Under the pieces are notes generated by a model. That model saw only the letters and a program-made list of their open reading frames with translations, had not been told where the DNA came from and did not search any database. DNA of 64,000 nt from an uncultured Planctomycetia bacterium (lineage in GTDB: Bacteria > Omnitrophota > Gorgyraeia > Duberdicusellales > 4484-171). Location: positions 14,936-78,935 of the forward strand of contig CAZWON010000002.1 of NCBI GenBank assembly GCA_964635565.1, read 5' to 3'. Below are positions 1-12,000 of this stretch, in pieces (positions within the stretch are counted from its first letter, which is position 1; every line of letters starts with the position of its first letter). Both the position numbers and the translations under genes were made by a program.

Positions 1-3000
1 TTACTGGCACCTCCTCGCCCAAAGAATAAGGCAAAAGATTGCTCTTTAAAGCTTTGCCGACAGAACCCAGATACCAGGTTGCCATAATTCCCTCGCCGGC
101 GCCAATGCCTAAGGCCCAGGCAAAATTCCTCCCTGTGCTTTTTCCCCCTTGGGAAAGAGGAGTAAGCTCGTAATTTATGGCGTTTATTATACCTCCCGCT
201 GAAGCTCCATAGGCATATTTTATTACCTTGCCTAATCTTGTCCTATTCCATATATCAACTACTAAATCCTCGCCCTTGCGGGAAAAGGGCACAATTACCG
301 CCGCCCCCATTAGTCCGCCGGTAGCAATGTTTTGCCATTGCACGCGGCCGTGTTTATAATACTGCTCTTTTATGGCCCTTAAGAAAGCTATGAAGGGGCT
401 ATTTTCAAGAGCACTTTCCTTCTCGGAATATTCAATAATCCCCTTAATCGCAGGATAAATTACTGCGCCAGTGGCCGGCCAAGACACATAATGCCATCCT
501 GACGCAGGAGAAAACGCCTTCAGCACTATCCCGCCAAACTTACTATTGGCAAATCGCGCAGAAGCGCTGTTTGCGATTTTATCTATGTTTTTAAGTTCAA
601 TTGAACTTAAACCAGTCTTTTCTGCCTGTTGTAATATATTGGCTTTAGATTTAACTTTTCCAAGAAATTTTTTATCAAGCGTTTTTACCTCCCTCACAGT
701 CAGAATTTCTATCTCATCAATCCTGTTTATCTTTTTAAGCTCATCCAGAAGCTTTCTTAAACTACTACCTTTAGGCAATTTCTCAACATTAACTTTTCTT
801 AACTCCTTTATACTCATTCCTTCTATATCAGCAGAGCTTTTAACCGGTTTTTTAAGCTGTTTGCTTAAGGTAGAGAAGTCCTTTTCTGTTATTGGTGTTT
901 TTGGTGAGAGGTCTTTCAGAGCTTTTTGGGCTTCTTCTATCGGTGCTGCTTTTTTAATAAGCTCTCTTGCCTTTTTGACTGTAATCCCTCTCTTGGTTAA
1001 CTTCTCTCCTATCTCTTTTGCGTCTTTTATGCTTTCTGGGTTTTCTTTTACGAATCTCATTGCTCGCTCAGAACTTGCTATTTTACTCAATCCCACCAAA
1101 GAAGAAAAAGCAGCTTCAAAAACCAAACCCTTAAGAAAACCTGTCATAAAATGTCTGTCGATTGTCAAAGCGCCTATTTTGTTATCTCCTGCATAAGCAG
1201 CAAGGGAAGTATTCATTACCGCCTCAATCTGCCCCCACAGATAAGCACCACTGGCAATTGAACGTGTAAATTGTGGCATTGAACCAAAAGCCTCTCCTTT
1301 GGCAATTGCCGGCATAACCCCTCCAAGAAGGCCGATTGCCGCCAGAACCATATTCTCCTCACTTAAGAATTTGCCTCCTATAGGCTTTCCTGTCCTAAGA
1401 TAACTTATCATATTAGGAACGCCTAAGCTTAAACCTTCACTTACTCCCACCCCTGCTAAAGTCCTTGCTCCCGGGCTCATCTTAGAAAACACCTTCCCCA
1501 CCGGCCCTAAACCTGCGCCCAATAAAGCTATGGGAACGCTTTGTACGCGTAAGTCATCCATTTCTAAAGCAGTACTGTTAAGAACAGAAGCAAGTTTCTT
1601 GCCCCTAAATACTACTGGCAAAACGAGTGCCTGGGCCGTATTAAAGGCATAAACAGTTGGCATAATTTTTGCTGCCCTCTGGGCAAACTCTCCTGCTTTC
1701 CCGGGAACCTCTCCTAAATTTTTAGCCAAACCTCTATATCCGCCAAGGGCTCCTGCTATATTGCCTGTGATATAAAACGCATTTACAAGAGCGCGCGTAG
1801 AATCAAAAGTTTCTTTCCCAGGCGGAAGGCTCCTTAAAGTTTCTACTGCTCCCAGCAATCCTCTAATTGAATCTGCTGGATTAAGGGAAAAAGCAACTAA
1901 ATCCACCCCCAAGCGGGCAGAAGGATAAGAGCGGAAAACGCCATAAGGAAAAGCCAGAAAACCCCATCCCCGTCCATCCTCTTTAGCTTTGGTGGTAATT
2001 GCGCCTAAAACTTTTTCTGTTTCAAAACGGGCTGACTTCTCTTCCCTTTCAACAAGCCCGTAGTTACCTATCAACCTCCCAAATCCTTTAAGTATCTCTC
2101 GGCCAGGGTTAAACAAAATACTCTTTGCAAAAGCTTCGCAGACAGAAGTATTTTTATCCGTAGGGTAATATTTATCCACTCCATAAGCTACAACCGTATC
2201 AACTCCTAAAGCACCTAAGGTTATTTTTAGAGCCTTTGTAGATGTAAAAATTCTTCCGCCCCTCAAAAGAAAATACGCCTGCAAAAATCGGACAGGAGCA
2301 TTTATCGCTATATCTTCGATTGACCGGCCTTCGTAAACGTCATAGGCAGCTCCGACCGCTGTATAGCCAAGAGCAATCTTAGCAGGATTTGCCAATGCTT
2401 TTGTTGCTAATCCAATTATATCTCTTAAAAGTGTGGTGCTTCCTGTTTCCGAAGCAAGAACTGCAACCTTACCAAGAACGCCTTTTGCCATATTCCAAGA
2501 AAATGACAGTGCTTTCGCGGCTATCAATACTTTGAAGTAGCTATCAACTATTTTAAATCCCATATCCTTATTGCTAAATCGCTCATTATAAGTCTCAAAA
2601 CGTGTCCCCAATGCGTTCCTCTTAGCATTCTCTACAAGATTCATCCACTCCTGCGCTCTCTCGGTCCATTTTGCACTATCACCTATTTTTGCTAAGATTA
2701 AATCACTCCCTATAGCTAAACCAGCATACACAGATATTGCTTCATTCTTAATCCGATCCCTGACATCTTCGTATTTGTATAAATTATTTTTTTCTATACT
2801 CCCATCCAATTTCATAACCGGTGTATAAACCTCTAAATTCTTTATTCCCTTCTTACTTAAAATCTTATCCATCACTATTTCTCTCTTAAAAGGCTTGCCT
2901 GTGATACAGCTTATACCTTGAATAGTCTGATGTGTTTCAATAACTAAATCACCATTGGGTGCTACCCCGACAATCTTATTCTGAGGGTTGGATAATAAGA

Positions 3001-6000
3001 GCGCTGCTTCTGGCGCTATATCAGCAGGAAACTCCCTCTTGACAGGACCTGTTGTTTTAATTTTCTCTCGTGAATCTTTGGTAAGATTGCCGTTGTGGTC
3101 AAATTTTACAACTTTACCGGAATACTCTACCGGCCTTGTCTCTGCCACAGAAATATTGCCGTGGTAGACTTTTGTTTCTGTTCCCACAAGCTTCTCGCCA
3201 AGCTTCTCGCCAAGCTTCTCGCCTCCCGTAACTCTGAGCCTGGCGTTTCCTAAATTCACCGTTGGAGCGCCTAAGAGAGGAAAGTTCATCTTCAATTCCC
3301 CATTATGATAAAGCGCCATCTCTTGATTTAAAGAAAAGGTTTCAGCGTCGGTATGGTCTTTAGAAAGTGCACTTTCAGGAGGCCTTCCTTGGTGATTCCC
3401 GGTAGGGTATTCCTGCTTTGTGTTTATAGGAGAGGGGCCAATAAAACCTTCTCCTTTACGGGAAACTTTAGCCATAAAATAACTCTGCGATAAAGTGCCG
3501 TAATCAACCGTTTCTAAATTGCCGAATACGCTTTTGAACTTTGTAATGCTTTTATTTGTGTGTAAATCTTGAGAATCCAGACGAACTTTATAGAATTTAC
3601 CGTCTTCTGATAAATATAAATACTCAGCGGGATTTTCAGCAATATCTACGGCTTCTTTAGAAATAGTCTGCCTAACCCAGAGCCTTCCTTTTTCGCCGCC
3701 GCTAAGGCTATAATCTATATAAGAACCATTTGAAAAAGGAACCATTCCTTTAGGAGAAACAACATAGGCTGTATAATGCTCAGTAAGTGCAAGGCTGCCA
3801 TCTGCATAAGGCACAAGTTTAACTTTCCCGCTCTTATCCTGTTGTACATAACCCCTGCGTTTACCTATAAAATATACTGTTTGATTAGAGAAACTGTTAG
3901 CTAATTGACTTGGCAGGCCTGTTTTGTCAGTATACTGGTAACGCCCGATAACCGTAGTATCTTCATATACCCGAGAAGAACGGATATAGTTTATAAAACC
4001 TGTCTTATCGGATACGAAAGTGTCTCCTCCAGCACTCTTAAACAATACACCATCAAAAACACCGGAAAAAGAACCATTGGAACTTACATTCACTAATAAA
4101 GGATTGCCATTATTAAAGTTTCCTCCCAGCGCATTATTAAGCGTCTGCATATCATTTCTGTCCTTACCCTTACCTGATAAAACGTTGTATTTATCAATAT
4201 TACCGTATCCGCCTTCTACACTGATTAAAGTAGGAACCCCCGGGATGCCGGCGCCGGAATAAGCAACAGAGCTTAAAACCGGCACTAATTCAGTTATATG
4301 CCGAACATTTGCTTTCCCTAATTGAAGTTTGTACCCAGGGATAGGAGAATTAAGTAAATTACTATTGGTGGGAGAAAAATTATACCATAAAGACCCAATT
4401 GCCTTTGATTCCTTATTATACATCTCGCCTAATACATTTTCTTTAACAACTTTTGTAGCCCGACCTGTTCCTTTTCCGCTCTTAGGAATATTTAAAGCTC
4501 GTGATACTTGAGGCGCATTTGGATTCTCAAAACCCAATGCCAATAGCCCTTTTGCCGGACCTCTATCTATAACCTGAAATCCCCTATAATTATAAGTGTA
4601 AATTTTCCCAGCCTCCTTTATGTAAAAGTTAGAAGATATGATATCTTTTGGCGTTAAACTGCCAGGATTAGCAATAGAGTAATGCTGGTTACCGTTTTTA
4701 TCTACAGAAAAATTGTAAATGATACCTGGTCCCCAATATAGTAAAAATCCGGCTTCGCTTTTTGTGCCAGTTTCTTTATTTAGAGTAAGCGTTCCAAAAG
4801 GCAACCTCCCTTTTCCTCTTTTCCGATATTTTTTGCCATCCCACTCAAGAGACGAACCTTTATCCCACACCACTCCTCTAAAAAGAACTCCGTCTTGAGC
4901 AATTTTATAATACCTGAGGTTAAAAACTACAGACCAAGGGTTAGAAACAGGGACCGGCTTATCTACCCTATATTCTGCGACAGGGACAATAACATTAGAG
5001 GGCAATTTACCGATTTCCTCACTGTTTTTACTATTACCAACTTTATTAATTATGCCTGTTCCTGTTCTATTCTCAGGAGTTATCTTTTTTGGTTTTACAA
5101 AAAGAGGGTTCTTTATATCTCCTTTTGATAAAGGAATATCAGAGAAGCAAGCAAAGGGTACTCTCTTTTTATAAGCAAGGGTACTGCCTCCACCCTTTGT
5201 TATTATATCAATAAGGTCACCAGGATTATAAGAATATGTGGATTGAAATATCCTCGTACCATCTGTTGACCGCACAGAGACGGTAGTCTTTCTTACTTTT
5301 TTATCATACTGGTTTTTAATCTCTATAGAGGCTACTCCCTTGCCGGAAAACTTAACAAACATTTTTCCTAATAATCTTAACTCCTTATGAGACCACGTTC
5401 TTTTATCTACAAAAGGTATTATTATTTCTGCAAGTTTTTTTATGGTTGGATGGTTAAGCTTATCTAAAGAAATTTTTCTCAAGACGTTTTCTATAAAATT
5501 GCTGTTATTATTGTCTTTACTTTTTATGGCGGTGACAATAGATTCCATAATGGTAAGACCGAGTTTTTCATACTGTGCTCCGTCGGAATAATAAAATTTA
5601 GGTATATCATTGTAAAAACCATAATCTCTATTGTGCTCAGCTGGTCTGCTTCCGGAAGAAGTAGTAATTTTAAAATTAGTGGGATATGGCAGACCTCGTG
5701 GATCCTGCTTTATATCAAAAACCAACTGTTTAGAGTTATTGTAATTAGGTATCGCAAATTTCCGCACCTCTGATACGCCCTTTTCATTGAGTACTATGAA
5801 ATTAACTATGGCTATATTAGGGCCACAGCCCTGAGGCGAAACTCCAAATCTTGTGCCTATTCTAATATCGTAAGGGCTGAGAGCAAAGTTCCTCCCGAGG
5901 ATAAAATCATTGTGCCGGATTTCTACCCCTCTTACAGCATTATTGTATTCTTCGCGAGTTATTGCCTGTGAATACCCTGTAGGGCGGTTTGATATAAAAT

Positions 6001-9000
6001 TATTCATACCTTGAACAACAGAATCCTCCAATGGAGTTCCTTGAAACATATCTTTGAAATACCCAGCTAATTTAAGGCCTATTGTTCCCCGACGGATATC
6101 CCCAGCGTCTAAGGACGCTTTCCCGTCCTTATCCAATGCCTTAAAAACTTTAACTGTGCCATCTTCATTGAATTTAATCCAATTGCCGGGAGCATTAGCT
6201 ACCAAAGCTGAGTCATAAACTGGTATACCTTTACCTTCATAACTCTCTTTTCTTTCAGCACTGGTCGTAAAAATAATGCGTCTAAAATTCTCTATAGTAT
6301 TGACATTAGGAGGGTTTGGGAGGGAAGAATCTCCTTTTCTAAGCAAAGATACAAAATTCCAAAGGACTGCTCCCAGCCCTCCTTCTATTGTATATTCATT
6401 GCTTCCCTTCTCTGTCTCTTTAAAATGCAAACTCGTCACTGCTCCTCCTAATCCCTCTATCTTATTAGAAAGCCAGATAAACTCTCCTCCAAGGCTATTA
6501 TTTGCATCTTTATCCAACAAATAAAATGTCCTTCCCTTGGGATTGCTTATTAAAGAGTTTATTCCAAAAGAAGCAGCCGCAGGTATATTCATATCAGCAA
6601 CTATAACCCCATCAACCATTCCGCTAATATTATGGTGAACCGCTGTAAATCTTGCAGGAGGCATCTTTTCTCCGGAAGGAGAAATAAAACCTTCTCCTAT
6701 AAGACCTCCTTCTATCCCTATATAAACATCGCCTTTAATCTGATGGGGATTATATACTTCATACACTGACCAACCGTCTCTATCCCTTTCTGTCCCAGGA
6801 GTAACAACTGTAATAGAACTATCTTTTGGCCAGGTTAAAGTATCAGGAAAATTAACTATAGAACCTCCGCCGAAACTGGGAGTAAGTCTCTGGTTGGTAT
6901 AAGAAAATTCAACCGTTCCTTCAGCATAAAATACATTACCTGAACCAACTTTATCAACTGTTAAATTTGTGGTAGAAAATAGAGGATTGCGGTATGCAAG
7001 GATTGGCACTGATGAAGATTTAGAATTTTTACCTGATGGTTTTTCACCAAAGCCCGTTACAATCCCGGCAGAAGCGTCAACCAAGCTAAATACTCCTTTA
7101 GTTATAAGACGGGGGTCAACATTCATAATATCGGAAAAATACAACCCTCCTTCTCCTGCGAAAGTTAAAGATAATCCGCCTTTTCTATCCGGCCTTAAAT
7201 ATGCTGTATTTATAGGGACCACCGCTGGTTTAGTGTCTCCTTCTAAAGGAACACTAAAGTAACTTGCTCCATAGAATTTGCCCTCTACTTTTAAAGACTG
7301 GCTTACTCTTTTCCATTTATGGTTTAAATTATTTAATTTCTCAGTTAAATTTTTTAATTTTATTTTTAGAACTCCGCTTTTTTTCGGGGAATTTAAATTC
7401 TTCATTTTCCATTCTGTCTTAAGTATTTCCCCTCTTACTTCTTCTATTTGTTTACCAATTTCTGATAAAGAATTATTCTCCCCATAAGTAACCTCATAAA
7501 TCTTATCTAATAGTCTTTCAAACATCTTTTGTGCACCAGGAGTATCTCCTTTTGCACCAATAACCATCTCTCCTGTATCGGCGATAAAGATACGGACATT
7601 TGCAGGATTAAAATACCCTGTTGCCATATTGAATTCTTTATTGGTAAAAAATCTTGAATTCAGAATAGGAATAACCCACGCTCCAGAAGCTTTAATTACT
7701 CTTCTCTGTACCTCAAAATCTATTTTTTTAGACCGTTCTACAGGAGTTAAGTTTAATTTATTAACGTCTTCAACTACCTCCTTGTAAATATCTCTGTAAC
7801 TTTTAAGCATATTCATCCTTAAGGTGCCATTAGGGCCATAATAGTAATATCTTTGATTGCTCTGCAATTTTCCCCTGGGCGTAAAAACAAAACCATTCTG
7901 AGTAACATAATAATCATTTGGATTATTGCCGTAATAAATATTTAAACCCTGGACTTCCGTAGTAGGAGTATTATCAATAATGGGCATAGTCCCGGTAAAA
8001 GATATAAGCACTGGCGCATCGGGATTCTGTTGGGCAAATTTTAGAAAAGCCTCTCTGTTCGTAATTTTTTCAAGCGTGCGAGGGTTTAAGGCCTTCGGCT
8101 GTTGGGTTAACTTGAATCCTGGAACTTCCGCGAGGCTATCTGTATTCGGCTTAGTTCTTTTTGAAAACGATTGGTTTAATGGGTCGGTAAATATACTTAT
8201 ATCGCCTGTTGCACGGCCAGCAAAAGAGAAGGCTCCTGAAGGAGAGAATATAATGCCTTCGTTTATATATTTATCTCCTTTGGGAGTACTTATAGAAAGA
8301 GAAACGCCTTTAGAAGCAATCAAATTGGCTTCTTTATAAAAAGGGGCACCTTTGGAAATGCCTCCAGGAGTAATAATACTGCCCTCAATATCGCCACCAT
8401 TTTCCACGCTGTATAATTTGTCATACTCTATAGGTTTATTAGAAGTATCAAAAATCCGAATTTCCCTGATAAATCCTCCGCCAGCAAAATTTTTACGGGA
8501 TGCCCATCTTACATTTAAAAATGAAACTTGGGGAGTGAAAGTTCCTTCACTATTTAGTCCTTTTGACCTCAGATTGTAAGTAGCAAAAAAGAATCTCTGG
8601 CTATTTGTGCCTGAGCCAACTATGGAAGATTGGCCTTGCAAGAATGTAGTTTTCTTATAACCGGAAGGGCTTTCTTTAGACCGACTAAGATTAACAAAAC
8701 TAAGACTTACGGGGTATGGCGATTTATCTATTAGCTCAAGGGCTAGGTATGAAAGAGGATCAGATTGAACATCTTTTTTAAACATCCCATATATCTCCTT
8801 TCCCTGTGCCTGTAGTTTATTTTTGGGCATATTCTTAAAAAACTTAATAATGTCTTCTCCTTCTCTTTCAAAGAATGTCTTGGTGATTTCTTTTTGAGAT
8901 ATTCTTTTTTCAATAATTGACCACGGAGAATAACCTCTTTGCCGTAATTTTAATACACCATGCGAAGACTCTATCCTTCTGCTAATAATGGTAGCACTAT

Positions 9001-12000
9001 TGGGATGGGGAGAATAATAAGGAATAATCGTTACTTTGTTCTCCTCAATAAGTTTCTCTTTACGTGGTTCTATATTAACTTCCCTTCCAGATAAACTACT
9101 GTACTCAGTAAATGATGATACAGTAGTAAAATCTTCTCCTGTAGTAGGGTTATATTGCTCATAATTTACATAAGCTAACAGATTTCCCTTAGGTGTGTTT
9201 ACCGGCGAAACAATAGTGAGACTGGATATATGAAATCCAGTAGGAGCTCCTGATGCATTTATGGTATACTCTTTTGTTCCTGAGTTAGAGCTGACCAATT
9301 TAAGCCCCTTAAGGTTATCAGAAGGAATATCAATAGATGAACCACGCATCATTCTCTCTATTTTATCCTGAGGAAGAATGGGAGAAAGTAAAGCGCTCAT
9401 TTGTGTCCAAGTATCTTTATACAATTTCTCAGGCAAGAAAGATACTATCCCTTCTGCACCATAATGAGAACTATCAACTTTATATATGTCTGCATCAGTT
9501 GCAGCAGCAAATGTAGAACTATAAAAACTACCTTCTCTTTGGTTCCAGACATATGTGGTTTTGGGGGTGTTGATAATGAGTTCCAATTTTCCCCTAATAG
9601 CTGCAGCCCCTAACACTCCTCCCTTATTTTTATTACCTGCTATACCAGCATAAAGATAATAAGGCTGTTGTATTAAGTCGGGATTGTTAGGTACTGTAAT
9701 ATTTCCCTTGTTTATTCCCTCTAAATACTTAGGGTTGAAAAATATTTCTAAAGTATGGAGCGTAGAATTAACTTCTCTGCCTTCTACTCCATATTGACCA
9801 GTAAAATTCACTCCATCACGCTCTCTCATAAGAATAGGATCACGTGCCCAAGATTTATCAAGTTTAACCTGCCGACCTACTTCCTTATGGGACATAAACA
9901 AACCAAGCAATCCTCCATTAGTCTTAACAGTTTCAAAGTATGCATTATCAGGTAAATTTACGACAATATCACCTTTTAATGGCTGAGGATGTAAAAGTGT
10001 TGCAGCCTCCTCTATATTGGCTATCCTATAAAAATCTCCATTGTAATAAAAACCTAACTGCCCATCAACAAGACTTAATTTCTCAGACTTTAAATTTCCT
10101 TCTTTATCAAATAAATCCAACGGTAGTTTTGATAACACATCAGGGGATAGTCCTGCTTTTGATATACTTTGCCGGTCAGTGCCGTATAGAGGGTTGTAGA
10201 TCATATCCAGAACAGGCATAACCACAGGAATCATTAAAACATTCATATTCTCCACTGCAGCGTAATGGAGAGTATCCTGAGTGTATCTAACCCAGGAATT
10301 GGTAAGAGAAGGGGTGATTGAGGTAAGATAGCCATCCTTTACAAATTTCCTCCAGGAATCATAACCATACATCTTCATTGCCCTGTCAGCATTTGCTTTA
10401 AAATCCGCATAACCTCCAAATTCGGCAATTTTATTCAGATACTGGACTTCACTCCATCCACCCTCGCCTTGAGTCCATATTGGAGAAGTTCTACCCCAGG
10501 TAGTATAATTAATAGCTAATTGGGCAAAATTATTCTTAAAACTATTCCAAAAAGTGCCCGCGCCAATTGCTCCTATGGAAGACAGCGCTATCGTGCTTCC
10601 TAAATAAGCAAGGCTGGAGGTTTGAAGGCGGGTTAAACCCCACTTATTCTTACCTGTTTTTTCATCATACTCTCCACCGATAGACTCTAAACCTACTGAG
10701 ATAGCTCCGGAAAGCACTCCTCTTCCTATAGCTTTCCAGAGATCGGCCCCCCCGAGACTTTGCCCGTCGGCCTTAACAGAGACTAAAGCACCTGCGCCTT
10801 CACCAAGCACGCGGGAAAATTTAAACTTTTCACCAAGAAGACACTCTACTGCTAAGGCAGTAGCCTGATAAATCAATGAAGTCCTGGCATCGTTCCATGC
10901 TAATTTTATGCCTCCTAAAAATCCTCCGCCAAAGTTGTCGGCAGAAAGGTTAACATAATCGCGGCCATAATACCCTCCCAAAGAATCTCCATTTACCACA
11001 CCAGGCTCTACCCCATTAGAATTCTGCAAGTCTTCCGATGATATACGGCCCCAGACTTTTCCATTTTTTTCATCAACAGGCGCTTTAACGGTAAGATTTA
11101 TCCCTAACGCGCCCATTGTTCCGCTAAATCCCGCGTATCCCGCGAATCCTCCTGCTATAGAAGCAAGTTGATTGGCAGCAAAAGGATTTTTCTTATAAAA
11201 ACCTGTATTTTTTATAGCATTGTAAGCTAAAATACTTCCTCCTCCTACAGCTGCGCCTTTAAGCCCTCCTACTATCGCTCCTGTAAGAACAGGATGCCTA
11301 TTCATCCATCCCCCAATCCCTAACCACCCTGAGTTTGAAGGAGAGGAAGAAGGAGTATACCAAGTTTTACTGGAAGGTATGCTCGCTGCTCCTACTAATG
11401 CTGAACTGAGTGTATACCCAAAAATTTGAGCTGATGCAGGTCCCATATCCAGTTCTTGCGCGGCGAAGGTAGTAAAGGCATTACCTACTGTCCCCATAAA
11501 TGCTCCCTGAGAAAAACTATGAAGAGCCTTCGTCCAAGTGAAATCTTGCGACAATACACCTCCTCCTATACCAATAGAAGCTATAGTAGTTACTGCGGCT
11601 ATTGCTATATCCCCCCAGGAAGGATCCTTAAAAATCTCATCAAATTTGGGAAGGTCATATTTGCGCGAATATGCTCCTAAAACGGACTTTGTCTCTTCAA
11701 TATCAAGGGGCTTTCTAAAATTAGAAGTTTTATTGGAAGCTGTAGCAATATAGCCACTAAAATTATTTAAAAATTCGTCATAAGAATAAACTTTAAACAC
11801 TCCATTGCTAATACAATAAAACTTATTATCTTTTATCTCTTTTACCACCACATAGTGCCCGCTTAAAAAATGGGCAATAAAAGGAGTAAAATCTTCTAAA
11901 ATATAGGAAGGAGTGTAGGGTTTAAATTTTAAAGAGTAAAGTTTATAGCCAAAAAATTCTCCTGCTTTTATAATAGCATAAAGAGAGTTTTTTAAATCCT

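Noticed and set aside
546-11753. Plus-strand ORFs of 60-216 aa in the track
   Set aside because: Antisense shadows of the giant minus-strand ORF; no recognisable motifs.
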